Assembly (NCBI RefSeq): GCF_006345805.1
Contig: NW_021834018.1
Location: 5,583-69,582, forward strand
Source: Octopus sinensis
Taxonomy: Eukaryota
Direction: 5' to 3'
DNA: 64,000 nt
Shown here: piece after piece, positions 1 to 12,300 of the stretch
Position numbering within the stretch: the stretch's first letter is position 1
Layout of the letters: each line of letters starts with the position of its first letter
The notes under the pieces: model-generated
Seen by the model: only the letters and a program-made list of their open reading frames with translations
Database searches by the model: none
Told to the model about the DNA's origin: nothing
Position numbers and translations under genes: made by a program

Positions 1-143
1 AAGCATCACGGGCACTATATATCCTGTTAATTAAACGATAAAATGAAAGCGACAGACGTGATATAACAGAGCATTGTGATCCGAACCATAAGAGCTTTGA
101 TTACCCCGTCTTCTTGTATGTTTTTGTATATCTATATATCTAA

Positions 144-353
144 TACTCTTTTACTCATTTACTTGTTTCAGTCATTTGACTGCGGCCATGCTGGAGCACC
201 GCCTTTAGTCGAGCAAATCGACCCCGGGACTTATTCTTTGTAAGCCCAGTACTTATTCTATCGGTCTCTTTTGCCGAACCGCTATGTGACGGGGACGTAA
301 ACACACCAGCATTAGTTGTCAAGCAATACTAGGGGGACAAACACAGACACACA

Positions 354-421
<68 letters not shown>

Positions 422-588
422 TATATGACAGGCTTCTGTCAGTTTCCGTCTACGAAATCCACTCACAAGGCATTGGTCGGCCCGGGGGCTATAGCAGAAG
501 ACACTTGCCCAAGGTGCCACGCAGTGGGACTGAACCCGGAACCATGTGGTTGGTAAACAACCTACTTACCACACAGCCACTCCTGCGC
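144..588 (-). mobile_element. tRNA-derived SINE, family A (my label), full length
   Basis: Reverse complement starts GCGCAGGAGTGGCTGTGTGGTAAG with A-box/B-box-like motifs (TGGCTGTGTGG; GGTTCAGTCCC), has an internal (TA)n(TG)n tract and ends CCAGCATGGCCGCAGTCAAATGACTGAAACAAGTAAA; more than 12 related copies in the window. Confidence 0.9.
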
Positions 589-819
589 ATGGATACTGAA
601 ATTTTACAGAAATCAAGCAACGGTAATTATTATCCTTGTGGCTGTTGTCGCCATTCTCATGTCACCGAAAGTTAGTTTCCATCGAACACGTCAATAAAAT
701 ATATTTCATAAAGCCACTGAGTGTATGCGATCCGCAGTCCTAGTGTTCTAGATATACTGTACATGCATGGATCCCTAGATACACCTTACTTGGACTGAAG
801 ACTACAAGAATAATTCTTT

Positions 820-947
820 TATTCTTTTACTCTTTTACATGTGTTAATCATTTGACTACGGCCAAGTTGAAGCACCACAATGGGTCTTGAACCCGGAAAC
901 ATGTCTTTGGAAAGCAAGGTTCATAACAAAGAGTCACGCCTGCGCCT
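820..947 (-). mobile_element. Family A SINE, internally deleted (head fused to tail)
   Basis: Degenerate A tail (ttgactacggccaagttgaagcacc) joined directly to a degenerate A head (cacgcctgcgcc). Confidence 0.6.
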
Positions 948-1003
948 AGCTGAGTCAACAGAGTAACTTAAGATCAGAGTTTCGTGCGTTTGCACTTAAA
1001 TAT

Positions 1004-1054
<51 letters not shown>

Positions 1055-1134
1055 GTGCATATACATTATATATATGATTACATGGTATATAATATATATA
1101 CATATATACATATATAAGCAAATATCACTTTCGA

Positions 1135-1385
1135 AAACACGCGGAGTTGAACTAGGGACAGCTGATGAAGGGGATTTTCCTTGTGTAGTTTGTCTTGTAC
1201 TCTGTTTTTTTTTGTAAAAAAAATGGTTCGTTCATGCTTGTTTTTACGTTTTCGTTCTCGTTGAGTTCTGCGTCTATTTGTGGTGTCCTGTACTCACGGA
1301 TATATATTTATATATGCATGTAGATGTAGGTACGTACATATATGTATGTATGTATGCATAATTTTTTATTTATTACACTATTATA
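1135..1385 (+). mobile_element. Dispersed repeat, family G (possibly Penelope-tail derived)
   Basis: AACACGCGGAGTTGAACTAGGGACAGCTGATGAAGGGG...TTTATTACACTATT recurs at 6736-6995 and, diverged, on the minus strand at ~7225-7400. Confidence 0.7.
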
Positions 1386-1386
1386 T

Positions 1387-1451
<65 letters not shown>

Positions 1452-1547
1452 TATATACATATACATATATATATAATATACTATATACACACACATATAC
1501 ATATATATACACATATATATATAACACATATATATATATACATATTA

Positions 1548-1611
<64 letters not shown>

Positions 1612-1873
1612 AAGATTACATATATAAAGGCACTAATGTCTCTCCTAGGCTATTGCACGTAAAGGCGGTGGGTTTCTAGGATTTTGGTGCGTGTATACCT
1701 CCATTCTTGACGGGAGGATCAATAGTACAGTACAATAGGTATTTGTTTTGTGTTCCATATTCTTCCTTGCATTACCAGACATATGTATGTATGTAAATAA
1801 AATAAAAGCATGTAAATATGCATACAGCTATGCATATATAGTACATGCAAGCATATATACATACATACATACA

Positions 1874-1907
<34 letters not shown>

Positions 1908-1930
1908 CATGATATGTATATTTATATATA

Positions 1931-2339
1931 GGCGCAGGAGTGGCTGCGTGATAAGTAGCTTGCTTACCAACCACATGATTCCGGGTTCAGTCTCACTGCG
2001 TAGCACGTTGGACAAGTGTATTCTGTTATAGCCTCGGGCCGACCAAAGACTTCTGAGAGGATTTAGTTGACGGAAACTGAAAGAAGACTGTCGTATATAT
2101 GTATATGTATATATATAGTGTGTGTACTTGTGTGTCTGTGTTTATTTCCCCCAACATCGCTTGGCAACCGATGCTGGTGTGTTTACGTCCCCGTAACCTA
2201 GCGGTTCGGCAAAAGAGACGGATAAAATAAGTACTAGGCTTACAAAGAATAAGTCCTGGGGTAGATTTGGTCGACTAAAGGCGGTGCTCTAGCTTGGCCG
2301 CAGTCAAATGACTGAAACAAGTAAAAGAGTAAAAGAGTA
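1931..2339 (+). mobile_element. Family A SINE, full length
   Basis: GGCGCAGGAGTGGCTGCGTGATAAG head, internal TA/TG tract, GTAAAAGAGTAAAAGAGTA tail. Confidence 0.9.
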
Positions 2340-2346
2340 TATGTAT

Positions 2347-2396
<50 letters not shown>

Positions 2397-2749
2397 GTAT
2401 ACATATACAGAGATCGGGAGAGAGAGAGGTAGACAGAGACAGACAGCCAGAGATAGAGATGTATATACATACATATACTTGTATATACGCATGCTATGTA
2501 TATATACATTACACATATATGTAAATATATTCTTAACATCGTACATAAATAGATATATAATATGCAGACGAAATCTCATATATACGTACATGCATAAATG
2601 CACGAATGCATACATATACACATATATGAATACATGCATATATATATATCACGTGATCACGTGACCGACCAGACCATCAGATGTTGCTACACATCGCTGG
2701 TCACAATGCATTCACATTGTTTTAGCCTTCGAACGACGCTACCCCGCTG

Positions 2750-2927
2750 GCTAAGAGTGAGAGAAAGAGTGGTGAAAGAGTACAGCAGGGATCACCACCA
2801 CCTGCCGGAGCCTCGTGGAGCTTTTAAGTGTTTTCGCTCAATAAACACACACAACGTCTGGGAATCGAAACCGCGATCCTACGACTGCGAGTCCACTGCC
2901 CTAACCACTGGGCCGTTGCGTTTCCAC
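2750..2927 (-). mobile_element. tRNA-derived SINE, family C, 5' part
   Basis: Reverse complement matches the head of the full copy at 8544 (GTGGA.GCGCAA.GGCCCAGTGGTTAGGGCAG.GGACTCGC). Confidence 0.8.
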
Positions 2928-3041
2928 ACACACGCACACACACACACACACACATACGCACACACACATATATATATATATACATGCATACATATATTTA
3001 CAACATACATACACACACTATATATATATAATAAATATATA

Positions 3042-3099
<58 letters not shown>

Positions 3100-3569
3100 C
3101 ATTGCATACATGCATATACATGCATATATAATATGTATATATATTATTATATATATATATATCGAAGAATAATTAAATGTAACTCATTCCAATATTATTA
3201 ACGGTCTGGTTCCTTAAACCAGAAAGAATAACTAATATATTAGATATATGATAAACCTTATCAGTGTAAAATTACAGTCTAATTGAATGCATTATTGTTA
3301 CATAAATATTTATTCGCCGAGATTCGCTAACGAAGGCACTACAGCCGAGAGGACAATATGGCGTACATTGGCAAAGTTGCCGTTTGAAATCTAATATGTC
3401 ACTGTACAAAGTAAGTGTAGCCTTGCTTTATTGGAAATCATTTTGCTTTTAATTTTGTTGTTTTAGTATGTGTCACTCAAGGCGAACTTGATTTTCTATG
3501 TATGATACGATGAAACGGTTAAACACTGGAGTTTAGATAAGATTCATTTTCTCTTTACTTCGGCTATTG

Positions 3570-3631
3570 TTGCTGTTGTTTTGTTGTTGTCGATGTTATT
3601 ATTATTATTGTTACTACTACTACTATACTAT

Positions 3632-3704
<73 letters not shown>

Positions 3705-3711
3705 GCTGCTG

Positions 3712-3749
<38 letters not shown>

Positions 3750-3756
3750 GCTACTA

Positions 3757-3791
<35 letters not shown>

Positions 3792-3893
3792 ACTACTACT
3801 ACTACTGCTGCTGCTACAATTACTACTACTACTACTGCTGCTGCTGCTACAATTACTACTACTACTACTGCTGCTGCTGCTGTTGCTTGCTGC

Positions 3894-3926
<33 letters not shown>

Positions 3927-3979
3927 AGTTACTACTACTGCTTCTACCACCACCACTACTACTACTTCTACTACTGCTG

Positions 3980-4050
<71 letters not shown>

Positions 4051-4090
4051 GCTGCTGCTTCTGCTGCTACTACCACTACTACTACTGACA
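3570..4090. repeat. Compound trinucleotide microsatellite (CTA/CTG/CCA)n
   Basis: Directly visible; explains the poly-S/T/Y/L/V ORFs at 3564-4227. Confidence 0.95.
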
Positions 4091-4094
4091 TAAT

Positions 4095-4510
4095 AATCCT
4101 TTCTTCTATAGAGCTGAAATTTTGTGGGGAGGAGATAAGACGATTTTATCGATCCCAGTTCTTGATTGGAAGCTGTTTTATCGACCGCGAAAGGATGAAA
4201 TGCAAAATCGACGTTGGCGGAATTTGAACTCAGATCGTAAAGACGGACAAAATGCCGCTAAGCACTTTACCCGGCGTGCCAACGATTCTACCAGCTCACG
4301 CCTTAACCACAATAATAAAGCAATCATTTCAGGGGAGGGTTAAGTCGATTACATCGACCCCTGTGTTCAACTGGTACATATTTTATCGACCCCGAAACGA
4401 AGAAAGGCGGAGTCGTTCTCGATGGAATTTGATCTCACAACGTAAAGACGGACGAATTGCCGCTAAGCATTTTACCTTACAGGCTAGCAATTCTACCAGT
4501 TTGCCGCCTA
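4095..4510 (-). mobile_element. Two adjacent degenerate family B SINEs (alternative B2 tail)
   Basis: Two copies of TTTATCGACC.CGAAA.GA.GAAA.GC..AGTCG...GGAATTTGA.CTCA.AAC...GCTAAGCA...CCAG.T.GCC, the reverse complement of the B head and core. Confidence 0.8.
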
Positions 4511-4514
4511 AGCC

Positions 4515-4559
<45 letters not shown>

Positions 4560-4590
4560 TAATAATAGTAATAATAATAATAATAATAAT

Positions 4591-5013
4591 GCTTGTCAGT
4601 TGTTTGACCTTAACCAGTTGAGCATGTCCCTTAGTGGCTGACGATATGTGCATCTCTGATCATGAGCAGAAGTATGGGGGAGGCATCATAGCCATGTGTT
4701 GAGAGGGATTCTTTGGGGTTTGAATAATTCACCTCTGGAAACATGGTGTGTTCTCTTTCAACATCCTTAAACAACCCTTATTCAGGGACCCTTTGAGCGG
4801 GATGGGCTACTCAACCTGAAGAAAATTCTAACTGGGCCCCACCTGCAAGGTCATGTGCTGTTTATCTTGATATGAGATCACCATGTCGCGCACATATTGT
4901 TGTGATGCATGTGCCTGGTGTACCCTTATCAGATGGGCAGTCATGATGGGTATATTGGGCTTCGTATATTTTACCCCAGTGTCTCTTTGATGGCATGCAC
5001 TGTTCTCTCACTC
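4591..5013 (-). mobile_element. Dispersed repeat, family E
   Basis: Reverse complement is homologous to 30963-31380 (GCAGTGCATGCCATCAA...GGTGGGGCCCAGTTAGAATT...CATGCTCAA.TGGTTAA.GTCAA.CAACTGAC). Confidence 0.8.
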
Positions 5014-5261
5014 AATAATAATAATAATAATAAGTGACATCTTTATGTCCTGCGTTCAAAATCACTAAGGTCGGCTTTGCCTTTCAAACTTTTGTTTGAT
5101 AAAGAAATGCCAGTTGACCAAAAGGAAATCGGTGATCTGGCAGCTCATGCCAGACAAAATTTCTGCAGCATTTCGCCCATCTTTACGTTCTTAGCTTGAA
5201 TTCCTCTTACAAAGCAATTCTCCTCTAATAAAAAAAACAAGAAGAAATCTTTTCTATGTAA

Positions 5262-5673
5262 GGCGCAGGAGTGGCTGTGTGGTAAGTAGCTTGCTTACTA
5301 ACCACATGGTTCAGGGTTCAGTCCTACTGCGTGGCATCTCGGGCAAGTGTCTTCTACTACAGCCTCGGGCCGACCAAAGCCTTGTGAGTGGATTTGGTAG
5401 ACGGAAACTGAAAGAAGCCCGTCATATATATGTATATGTATATGTATATATGTATGTGTTTGCGTGTGCATGTTTGTGTGTCTGTGTTCGCCCCCCTAGC
5501 ATTGCTTGACGAACGATGCTGGTGTGTTTACGTCGCCGTCACTTAGCGGTTCGGCAAAAGAACCGATAGAATAAGTACTGGGCTTAGAAAGAATAAGTCC
5601 CGGAGTCGAGTTGCTCAACTAAAGGCGGTGCTCCAGCATGGCCGCAGTCAATGGACTGAAACAAGTAAAAGAA
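5262..5673 (+). mobile_element. Family A SINE, full length
   Basis: Head at 5262 (GGCGCAGGAGTGGCTGTGTGGTAAG), internal microsatellite, standard tail. Confidence 0.9.
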
Positions 5674-5780
5674 GAAAAGAAAAAGAAGAGAAGAATGTTG
5701 CCACCAAGTGAGTGGCCAGTGAAAACAAACTTTAAAATATCAAAGTGGAAGAGCAAAAAATTTTTTAAAAAACGGTAGTC

Positions 5781-5823
5781 ACTACTGACGAGCCAACGAT
5801 GTGATGGGTGAAACTAGTCTAGT
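5781..5823 (+). ncRNA. Type I hammerhead ribozyme motif, near intact
   Basis: ACTA-CTGACGA-GCC(12 nt)GGT-GAAA-CTAG-TC-TAGT: stem I ACTA/TAGT, complete core, palindromic stem III ACTAGT, GUC site after 5819; stem II closes with G-U instead of G-C. Confidence 0.65.
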
Positions 5824-6023
5824 CTAGAGATCCTAGAGACGCTCACGGAGTGGTTATCTTCCCTGTCAATGTATATATATATATATATATATTGCGCGCT
5901 TCTTGCAGTATTAAGAATTTTAAACTATTATTTCTTGTTATGTAGATATAACAGCTCCGACTGTCATTAGTGACGGTGAAATGGTTCATTTATGGTATAT
6001 CATTGGGACTTGCTGTTTATACA

Positions 6024-6086
<63 letters not shown>

Positions 6087-6089
<3 letters not shown>

Positions 6090-6724
6090 CTAAGCAATAA
6101 AGGGTTTAGCAACGAATTGCCTTACCACAGATCGAATTTAGAAATAGCAGTCAAAGAGTTATAGCTATTTCTTCTACTAAAAAGGGAGATCTCAGTAAAA
6201 AACACAGCAATTGGAAGGCAGACACAAACAGGTAAGAGAGAATGAATTGACGGCAATCTATCATACAATTTTAAGTTATCTACGGACGCACGTTTCGAAA
6301 TCAAGTTTTTAGGAAAGGAAAGCATAAGAATTAAATATTAAATAATTCTACCTTACCCAAACTTCTTTTCTCTTCAGCGTAGAATACTATAATCATAAAT
6401 GATTATATATTGAATTTTGAGATACTAGAAGGCACCAACTCAACTCAGTATCAGAGAGCGAGCTAGAATCCGCAACTAGTATCACCAAATTCAAAGGGTG
6501 AATGAAAAGATTGTGTCACCAGCCCCTTCCCACCCGCGTGTAGCCAAAACAAGATGCTGTGGTCATCTACTGAGATAAAATATTGGTTATCCGTAATAAT
6601 GAAGGGTGAAATTAATTAATTTGGAATAATTATCAATTACACCAAGTAGTCTTCGGCATGTAAAAGCCTCATTCGAGGAAAATTTAAGTAATACTAAGCA
6701 ATAAAGGGTTTAGCAACGAATTGC
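6087..6724 (-). mobile_element. 604-bp unit with 34-bp terminal direct repeat, carrying a hammerhead (retrozyme/Penelope pLTR-like)
   Basis: ATACTAAGCAATAAAGGGTTTAGCAACGAATTGC at 6087-6120 and 6691-6724; (TA)n on both flanks; no ORF; internal HHR. Confidence 0.7.
6280..6382 (-). ncRNA. Type I hammerhead ribozyme with 74-nt stem II
   Basis: Minus strand CTACG-CTGAAGA-[GAAA...74 nt...TTTC]-GAAA-CGTGCG-TC-CGTAG: 5-bp stem I, complete core, G10.1-C11.1 pair, GUC triplet; stem II arms pair (GAAA/TTTC, AAGTTT/AAACTT, AGAATTA/TAATTCT). Confidence 0.8.
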
Positions 6725-6735
6725 TATATATATAT

Positions 6736-6995
6736 AAACACGCTGGAGTTGAACTAGGGACAGCTGATGAAGGGGAATTTTCCTTGTGTAGTTTGTCTTG
6801 TACTCTGGTTTTTCGTTGTTAGAAAAGGTCCGTTTCCATGTTTGTTTTTACGTTTCTCGTTGAGTTCTACGTCTAGTTGTGGTGTCCTGTACTCACGTAT
6901 ATATATTTATATATGCATGTATATATACATTTAGATGTAGCTACGTACATATATGTATGTATGTATGCATATATTTTATTTATTACACTATTGTA
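6736..6995 (+). mobile_element. Family G repeat
   Basis: Homologous to 1135-1385. Confidence 0.75.
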
Positions 6996-7049
6996 TGACT
7001 GAGCGCCCTCGCGTCGATTCGATACGTTTCGTTTCGTTTCATCTCCTCC

Positions 7050-7550
7050 AAGATCGACCCCAGGACTAAATCTTTGTAAGCCTAGTACTTATCGCAACGG
7101 TACTTTTGCCGAACCGCTAATTACGGGAACGTAAACACTCCAACACAGGTTGTCAACTGATGATGGTAGGGACAAGCACAGACACATAAATACATACATG
7201 CCTACATATATACATATGTGCATGCATACAAGGGTACACGATGTCATCAACGGTGCAAATAACATATACCCGAAAGACAGATACAAGACGTGAACAGTAA
7301 TTACAGGATAAAAACGAGTGAAATACGTAAACAACGAGAAAGAAATGAAACAGAGGACAAGCTAAGACAGAAAAAGGACCCTTCATCCGTTGTCGGCTAT
7401 CTACTCCTCTTAGTTTCCGTCTACCAAATCCACTCACAAAGCTTTGGTCGGCCCGTGGCTATAGTAGAAGACGTTTGCCCAAGGTTCCACGCAGTGGGAC
7501 TGAACTCGGCCCTATGTAATTGGGAAGTAAGCTTCTTACAACGATATATA
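7050..7550 (-). mobile_element. Family A SINE interrupted by a diverged family G-like insertion (~7225-7400)
   Basis: A tail part at 7050-7190 and A head part at 7410-7550 flank unrelated sequence at the position of the internal microsatellite. Confidence 0.7.
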
Positions 7551-8222
7551 CATACATATACACCGGATTAAATTTATATATCACATATGCGTATATCATG
7601 TGATCACTACTCAACTAGACTACCGGATTTTTTTATGCAACACTAGCCACAATGCCGACCATACGAGCAGAGCATTATTGCCCTGACTGGAAAGATTTAC
7701 CCGTATACAGCCGAGTGGATTGGAGCAATATGAAATGAAATGTTTTACTAAAAGAAGACATGTATCTCGGTCTCGGAATCGATCCTACACTCTAGCGACC
7801 GTGAGTGCAGTACACTCACCACTAGTCCACGGTGAAATTATCCTGGTGTTATGAATCATATACTCTCGTTTCAAGTTCAGAATAACTTGTGTAGGACGAT
7901 TATATAAACGTTTCCTTATATCGTAAGAGCAGTTGGTAGATAGCAATAACAACACGAAAATGTTTTAACATTTTTCTGTGCCCAGGTCAACTCATGCACT
8001 AAAAATGCGGATGAAACAATAGCATTTGACATCGGTTAGTGAGCCAAATGTCAGTACAAACAAGTAGTAGTAGTAGTAGCAGTGGTGGTGGTGGTTGCAG
8101 TAGTAGAAGTAGTAAGTTAAACAGATAACGTAATGATATCGAAAATGTCTTTTAATTTTTTGTGTAACATGAGAGTGCAATATGATGTATATCGAAAGGA
8201 ATGTAAATACATACGTACATAC

Positions 8223-8306
<84 letters not shown>

Positions 8307-8543
8307 ATATGTATATATGTATGTATATATGTGTATATAACTTATATATTTATTTGTATATGTGTGTATGATCATATATACATACATGCATATATAAATA
8401 TACGTATATTTTAACATTCCAATTATATATACATATATAAGTACATAAAACAACCACCCACCGCACGTATATAGATGAATTATGTATGCTTGCATGTATG
8501 TATGTATGTATGTATGTATGTATGTATGTATGTATGTATGTAT

Positions 8544-8929
8544 GTGGAGGCGCAATGGCCCAGTGGTTAGGGCAGCGGACTCGCGGTCATAGGATCGCGG
8601 TTTCGATTCCCAGACCGGGCGTTGTGAGTGTTTATTGAGCGAAAACACCTAAAAGCTCCACGAGGCTCCGGCAGGGGATGGTGGTGATCCCTGCTTTACT
8701 CTTTCACCACAACTTTCTCTCACTCTTACTTCCTGTTTCTGGTGTACCTGTATTTCAAGGGGTCGGCCTTGTCACTCTCTGTGTCACGCTGAATATCCCC
8801 GAGAACTGCGTTAAGGGTACACGTGTCTGTGGAGTGCTCAGCCACTTACACGTTAATTTCACGAGCAGGCTGTTCCGTTGATTCGGATCAACCGGAACCC
8901 TCATCGTCGTAACCGACGGAGTGCTTCCA
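8544..8929 (+). mobile_element. Family C SINE, full length, (TCCA)n tail
   Basis: GTGGAGGCGCAATGGCCCAGTGGTTAGGG tRNA-like head, B-box-like GTTTCGATTCC, 3' end CGTCGTAACCGACGGAGTGCTTCCA; near-identical copies at 57164 and 61560. Confidence 0.92.
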
Positions 8930-9289
8930 TCCATCCATCCATCCATCCATGTATGTATGTATGTATGTATGTATTGTGGCACGTTAAAGAAGAAATCCGG
9001 GATGCTTAGGTGTTAGCCAGCAGTTTCGATCCCATTTACGAAAGAATAAAGCATGTTTTGAGCATCAGTTGACAACCGGTGTTGGAGTGTTTACGTTCCC
9101 GTAATTACCGATGCAATAAGTACTAGGCTTACAAAGATTTAGTCCTGGGTTCGATTTGTTCGACAAAAGGTGTTGCTCCAGCATGGCTTCAGTCAAATGA
9201 TTGGAACAAGTAAAAGAATAAAAGAATATATATATATAAATATGGTTACAGTCCCAAGAAACGCACTGCCATCTTCATTCATTCCTGAG

Positions 9290-9870
9290 TGTCAATTTCT
9301 GCCGTGATCGACTTTGCCTTTAATCCTTTCGAGATCAATAAATTAAGTACCAATTGCATACTGGAGTCGATCTAATCGACTGGCCCCCTCCCCCCCAAAT
9401 TTAGCGCCTTGTGCCTAGAGTAGGAAAGAATATTACCGTCTATTGAGACCGGCAAAATCTTTAGCACTCCATGCAAAATACTTAGTAGAATTACATCTGT
9501 CTGTAGGTTCTGAGCTCAAATTCAACCAAGCTTCACTTTGCATTTCATCCATTTCCGGAAAAAATAGGAATCAATTGAATACTGGCGTTGATCTAATCGG
9601 CTTAACCCTCCCCCGCATTTGCTGGCCTTATGCAAAAATTAAAAAAAAATATTAGTGAGAGCGGCGAGTTGGCACAATCGTTACTGCACCGGATAAAATG
9701 CTGATCGGTATTTCGCCCGTCTTTACGTTCTGAATTCAAATTTCGCTAAGGCTGGCGTCGCCTTTCATTATTTCAAGGTTGATAAATTAAGTACCAGTTG
9801 AGGTACTGGAGTCGATTTAATCATCTTCCCACCTACCCTACATTACTGGCTTTGTGCCAAAATTTGAAAC
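9290..9870 (+). mobile_element. Cluster of three degenerate family B SINE fragments
   Basis: Repeated TTCTGAG.TCAAATT...GCCTTTCAT...GATAAATTAAGTACCAG...GTCGAT.TAATC motifs. Confidence 0.7.
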
Positions 9871-10274
9871 GATCTTTACTGTCTACTATGAAACGTCAAC
9901 GCATTTCGTCGTACTTCATAAATGTTCGTAATATTCTATGTAACATCTGGAAGACCCATCTAGTTTGCTCCAAGTTCACATTGTCAAATTCAGGAGATTC
10001 CATTTGTATGGTGGTTTACGATAAAGATGACAGTAACTAAAACTAAATCATACAGTCTTCCTGATACAGGAAAACTGGGTCGCATGAAGAAACAGCACAG
10101 ACTCAAGATTATCCTCAACCCTAAATACACAAGCTCTTGTTCAGCTGCCGTTCTCCGATGTACAATCACATGCTTAGAGCAGGTCCATTCAAACAAACCA
10201 GTTTTACATGCCAAACACAGTCACACAAATTTCCTGGGAGGTGAATTTGTGTGACAGATTGTTGGATCTCCAGT

Positions 10275-10362
10275 TCATTTTCCTTTCCAATTGGTACTTA
10301 AAAAGTCCATGACGGCTTCACTGAAGAGTAAAGTGTCCACCACACACTCTTTTTCGCCATAG
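10275..10362 (-). CDS. Putative terminal coding exon of an unidentified minus-strand gene
   Basis: Strong acceptor TTTTTCTCTTTCTTGTAG, phase-2 frame YGEKECVVDTLLFSEAVMDFLSTNWKGK*, followed by ~400 bp of unique non-repeat sequence (possible 3' UTR). Protein family not recognised. Confidence 0.5.
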
Positions 10363-10491
10363 CTACAAGAAAGAGAAAAATCGCTTATACAGCCGTGTTA
10401 AAGGTGAGCGGTGGGGTTAATCTGACGATGTCATTGGCCGATAGTTGGATTCTTCCTACGTGTGACAAAAGTTGTTCGACACAAATCCACA

Positions 10492-10870
10492 GGCGCAGGA
10501 GTGGCTGTGAGGTAAGTAGCTTGCTTACCAACCACATGGTTCCGGGTTCATTCCAACTGCGTGGAACCTTGGGCAAGTGTCTTCTACTATAGCCTCGGGC
10601 CGACCAAAGCCTTGTCAGTGGATTTGGTAGACGGAAACTGAAAGAATCCCGTCGTATATATATATATGTATGTGTGTGTGTGTGTGTATATGTTTGTGTG
10701 TCTGTGTCTTTCCCCCCCCCCCCCACCAACATCGCTTGACAACCGATGGTGGTGTGTTTACATCACCGTAACATAGCGGTTCGGCAAAAGAGACTGATAG
10801 AATAAGTACTAGGCTTACAAAGAATAAGACCTGGAGTCGATTTGCTCGACTAAAGGCGGTGCTCTAGCAT
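10492..10870 (+). mobile_element. Family A SINE, near full length
   Basis: Standard head and body; tail truncated after GGCGGTGCTCTAGCAT. Confidence 0.9.
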
Positions 10871-11232
10871 TGCTGGGCCAGTTATTTCTGGAAGTTAGCC
10901 ATGATAGTTCTCAGCCCGAAAATCCTTCTAAATTTTTCGTCATCACCAACGACAAGATTTTCCTCGAGATTTTCTATATTTTGCTAATGTAGAACTTTCA
11001 TCGACCTCATTGCCCCGTTGGTAAAGGGTGGCGAACATTTGACGGCATTTCAGTTGCCAGGTGCGGAATTTTGTCTTTCAGCCATAGGAAGAAATTTTTG
11101 ACAAAATGGCTAGTCTATTGCACCGACCCAAGCGCTCAACTAGTACATATTGCATCGACTTCCAAAGGACGAAATGGAGTGTTGACACCAGTGAAATTTG
11201 AACTCAGAACATAAGAGCAATAAACGGAAAAG

Positions 11233-11635
11233 AGGATGTACGGGCAATGTTACAGAGATACAGAAACCGAAATCGATTTGGAGAGGAGGTGGCTAGGGAT
11301 GCGGAAAAGTGATATTAAACGAGAAAAAGAAGCTTCAAATTGTGGAGCAATGGAGCAATTCCTGAGGACAAATTATGTCAAGCGCGAGATTAACAACTCA
11401 GGGGCAACGGAAAAGTACAGCATGGGGGAGAAAGGGGAGAAACTGGAGTATGTCACCAGCGAGTGCTCAAAGCTCACACAATCAGAATAAAAGCCAGATC
11501 ATGATAACGAAGTGATAATCGCTAATTAGGTGCTATGGGGGTTAAACCGTTTTGTAAAATATGAAGTTAGTGGTATAAGCACTAACCCAGAGAGAGTCGC
11601 TGAAAATGACCTAAAAAGATTCTATGGGAGTTTGT
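11233..11635 (+). mobile_element. Decayed R4/Dong-like (RLE-type) non-LTR retrotransposon fragment
   Basis: Translation MYGQCYRD...RWLGMRKSDIKREKEA...AMEQFLRTNYVKREI...VTSECSKLTQSE*KPDHD...PERVAEND follows the MHGQF...W.W...LK.ETE...AQEQAL.TN...C.KLAQ.EY..RHD...PE.V.EN pattern of the C-terminal region; contains stops. Confidence 0.75.
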
Positions 11636-11664
11636 GGTACTTACCACACAGCCACTCCTGCGCC

Positions 11665-11955
11665 TGCAAAATTGATGAAAGGCAAAGTCAACCTCGGCGG
11701 AATTTGAACACAGAAAGTAAAGACATACGGAATACCTATTTCTTAACTACCCGCAAGAGGCTAAACACAGATAGAACAAACAAGGACAGACAAACGGATT
11801 AAGTCGATTATATCAACCCCAGTGCGTAACTGGTTCTTAATTTATCGACCCCGAAAGGATGAAAGCTTTCTAATGGATGAAGGCGTTCTAAAGTTTCTGC
11901 CATCTCGCTAAGCATTTCACTCGGAATGCTAAAGTTTCTGCTGGCTCGCCGCCTT
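11665..11955 (-). mobile_element. Rearranged family B SINE fragments
   Basis: B core and B1 tail (GGCTAAACACAGA.AG.ACAAACAAGGACAGACAAACGGATTAAGTCGAT) in permuted order. Confidence 0.7.
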
Positions 11956-12097
11956 TATTTATGTATAATATATACATATACATATGCATAAATATATATA
12001 TACGTATATGTTCATTTATATATGCATGTATATATATATGTATATATCATATATATATATACATACTTACATATACATATATATTATATATATATAT

Positions 12098-12192
<95 letters not shown>

Positions 12193-12260
12193 CATGCATA
12201 GATACTTAGAGGGATAGATATAGATATACATATCCACTTAGATATATATACATATATATA

Positions 12261-12300
<40 letters not shown>

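Noticed and set aside
316-675. Recurrent peptides such as RRHLPKVPRSGTEPGTMWLV and MFSLNKHSQRP
   Set aside because: They recur because they are translations of SINE families A and C, not of a gene family.
1160-1190. CTGATGAAGGGG in family G as a hammerhead
   Set aside because: Only the first core strand is present; no GAAA, stem III or cleavage triplet follows.
6650-6680. Second hammerhead in the 604-bp element (minus CGAATGA-GGC...GCC-GAAG)
   Set aside because: Several core changes and no clear stems I and III.
8544-8612. tRNA gene calls for SINE heads (also 32080-32148, 45285-45350, 52061-52130, 57164-57232)
   Set aside because: A and B boxes are present but the acceptor stems are broken and each continues into a SINE body.
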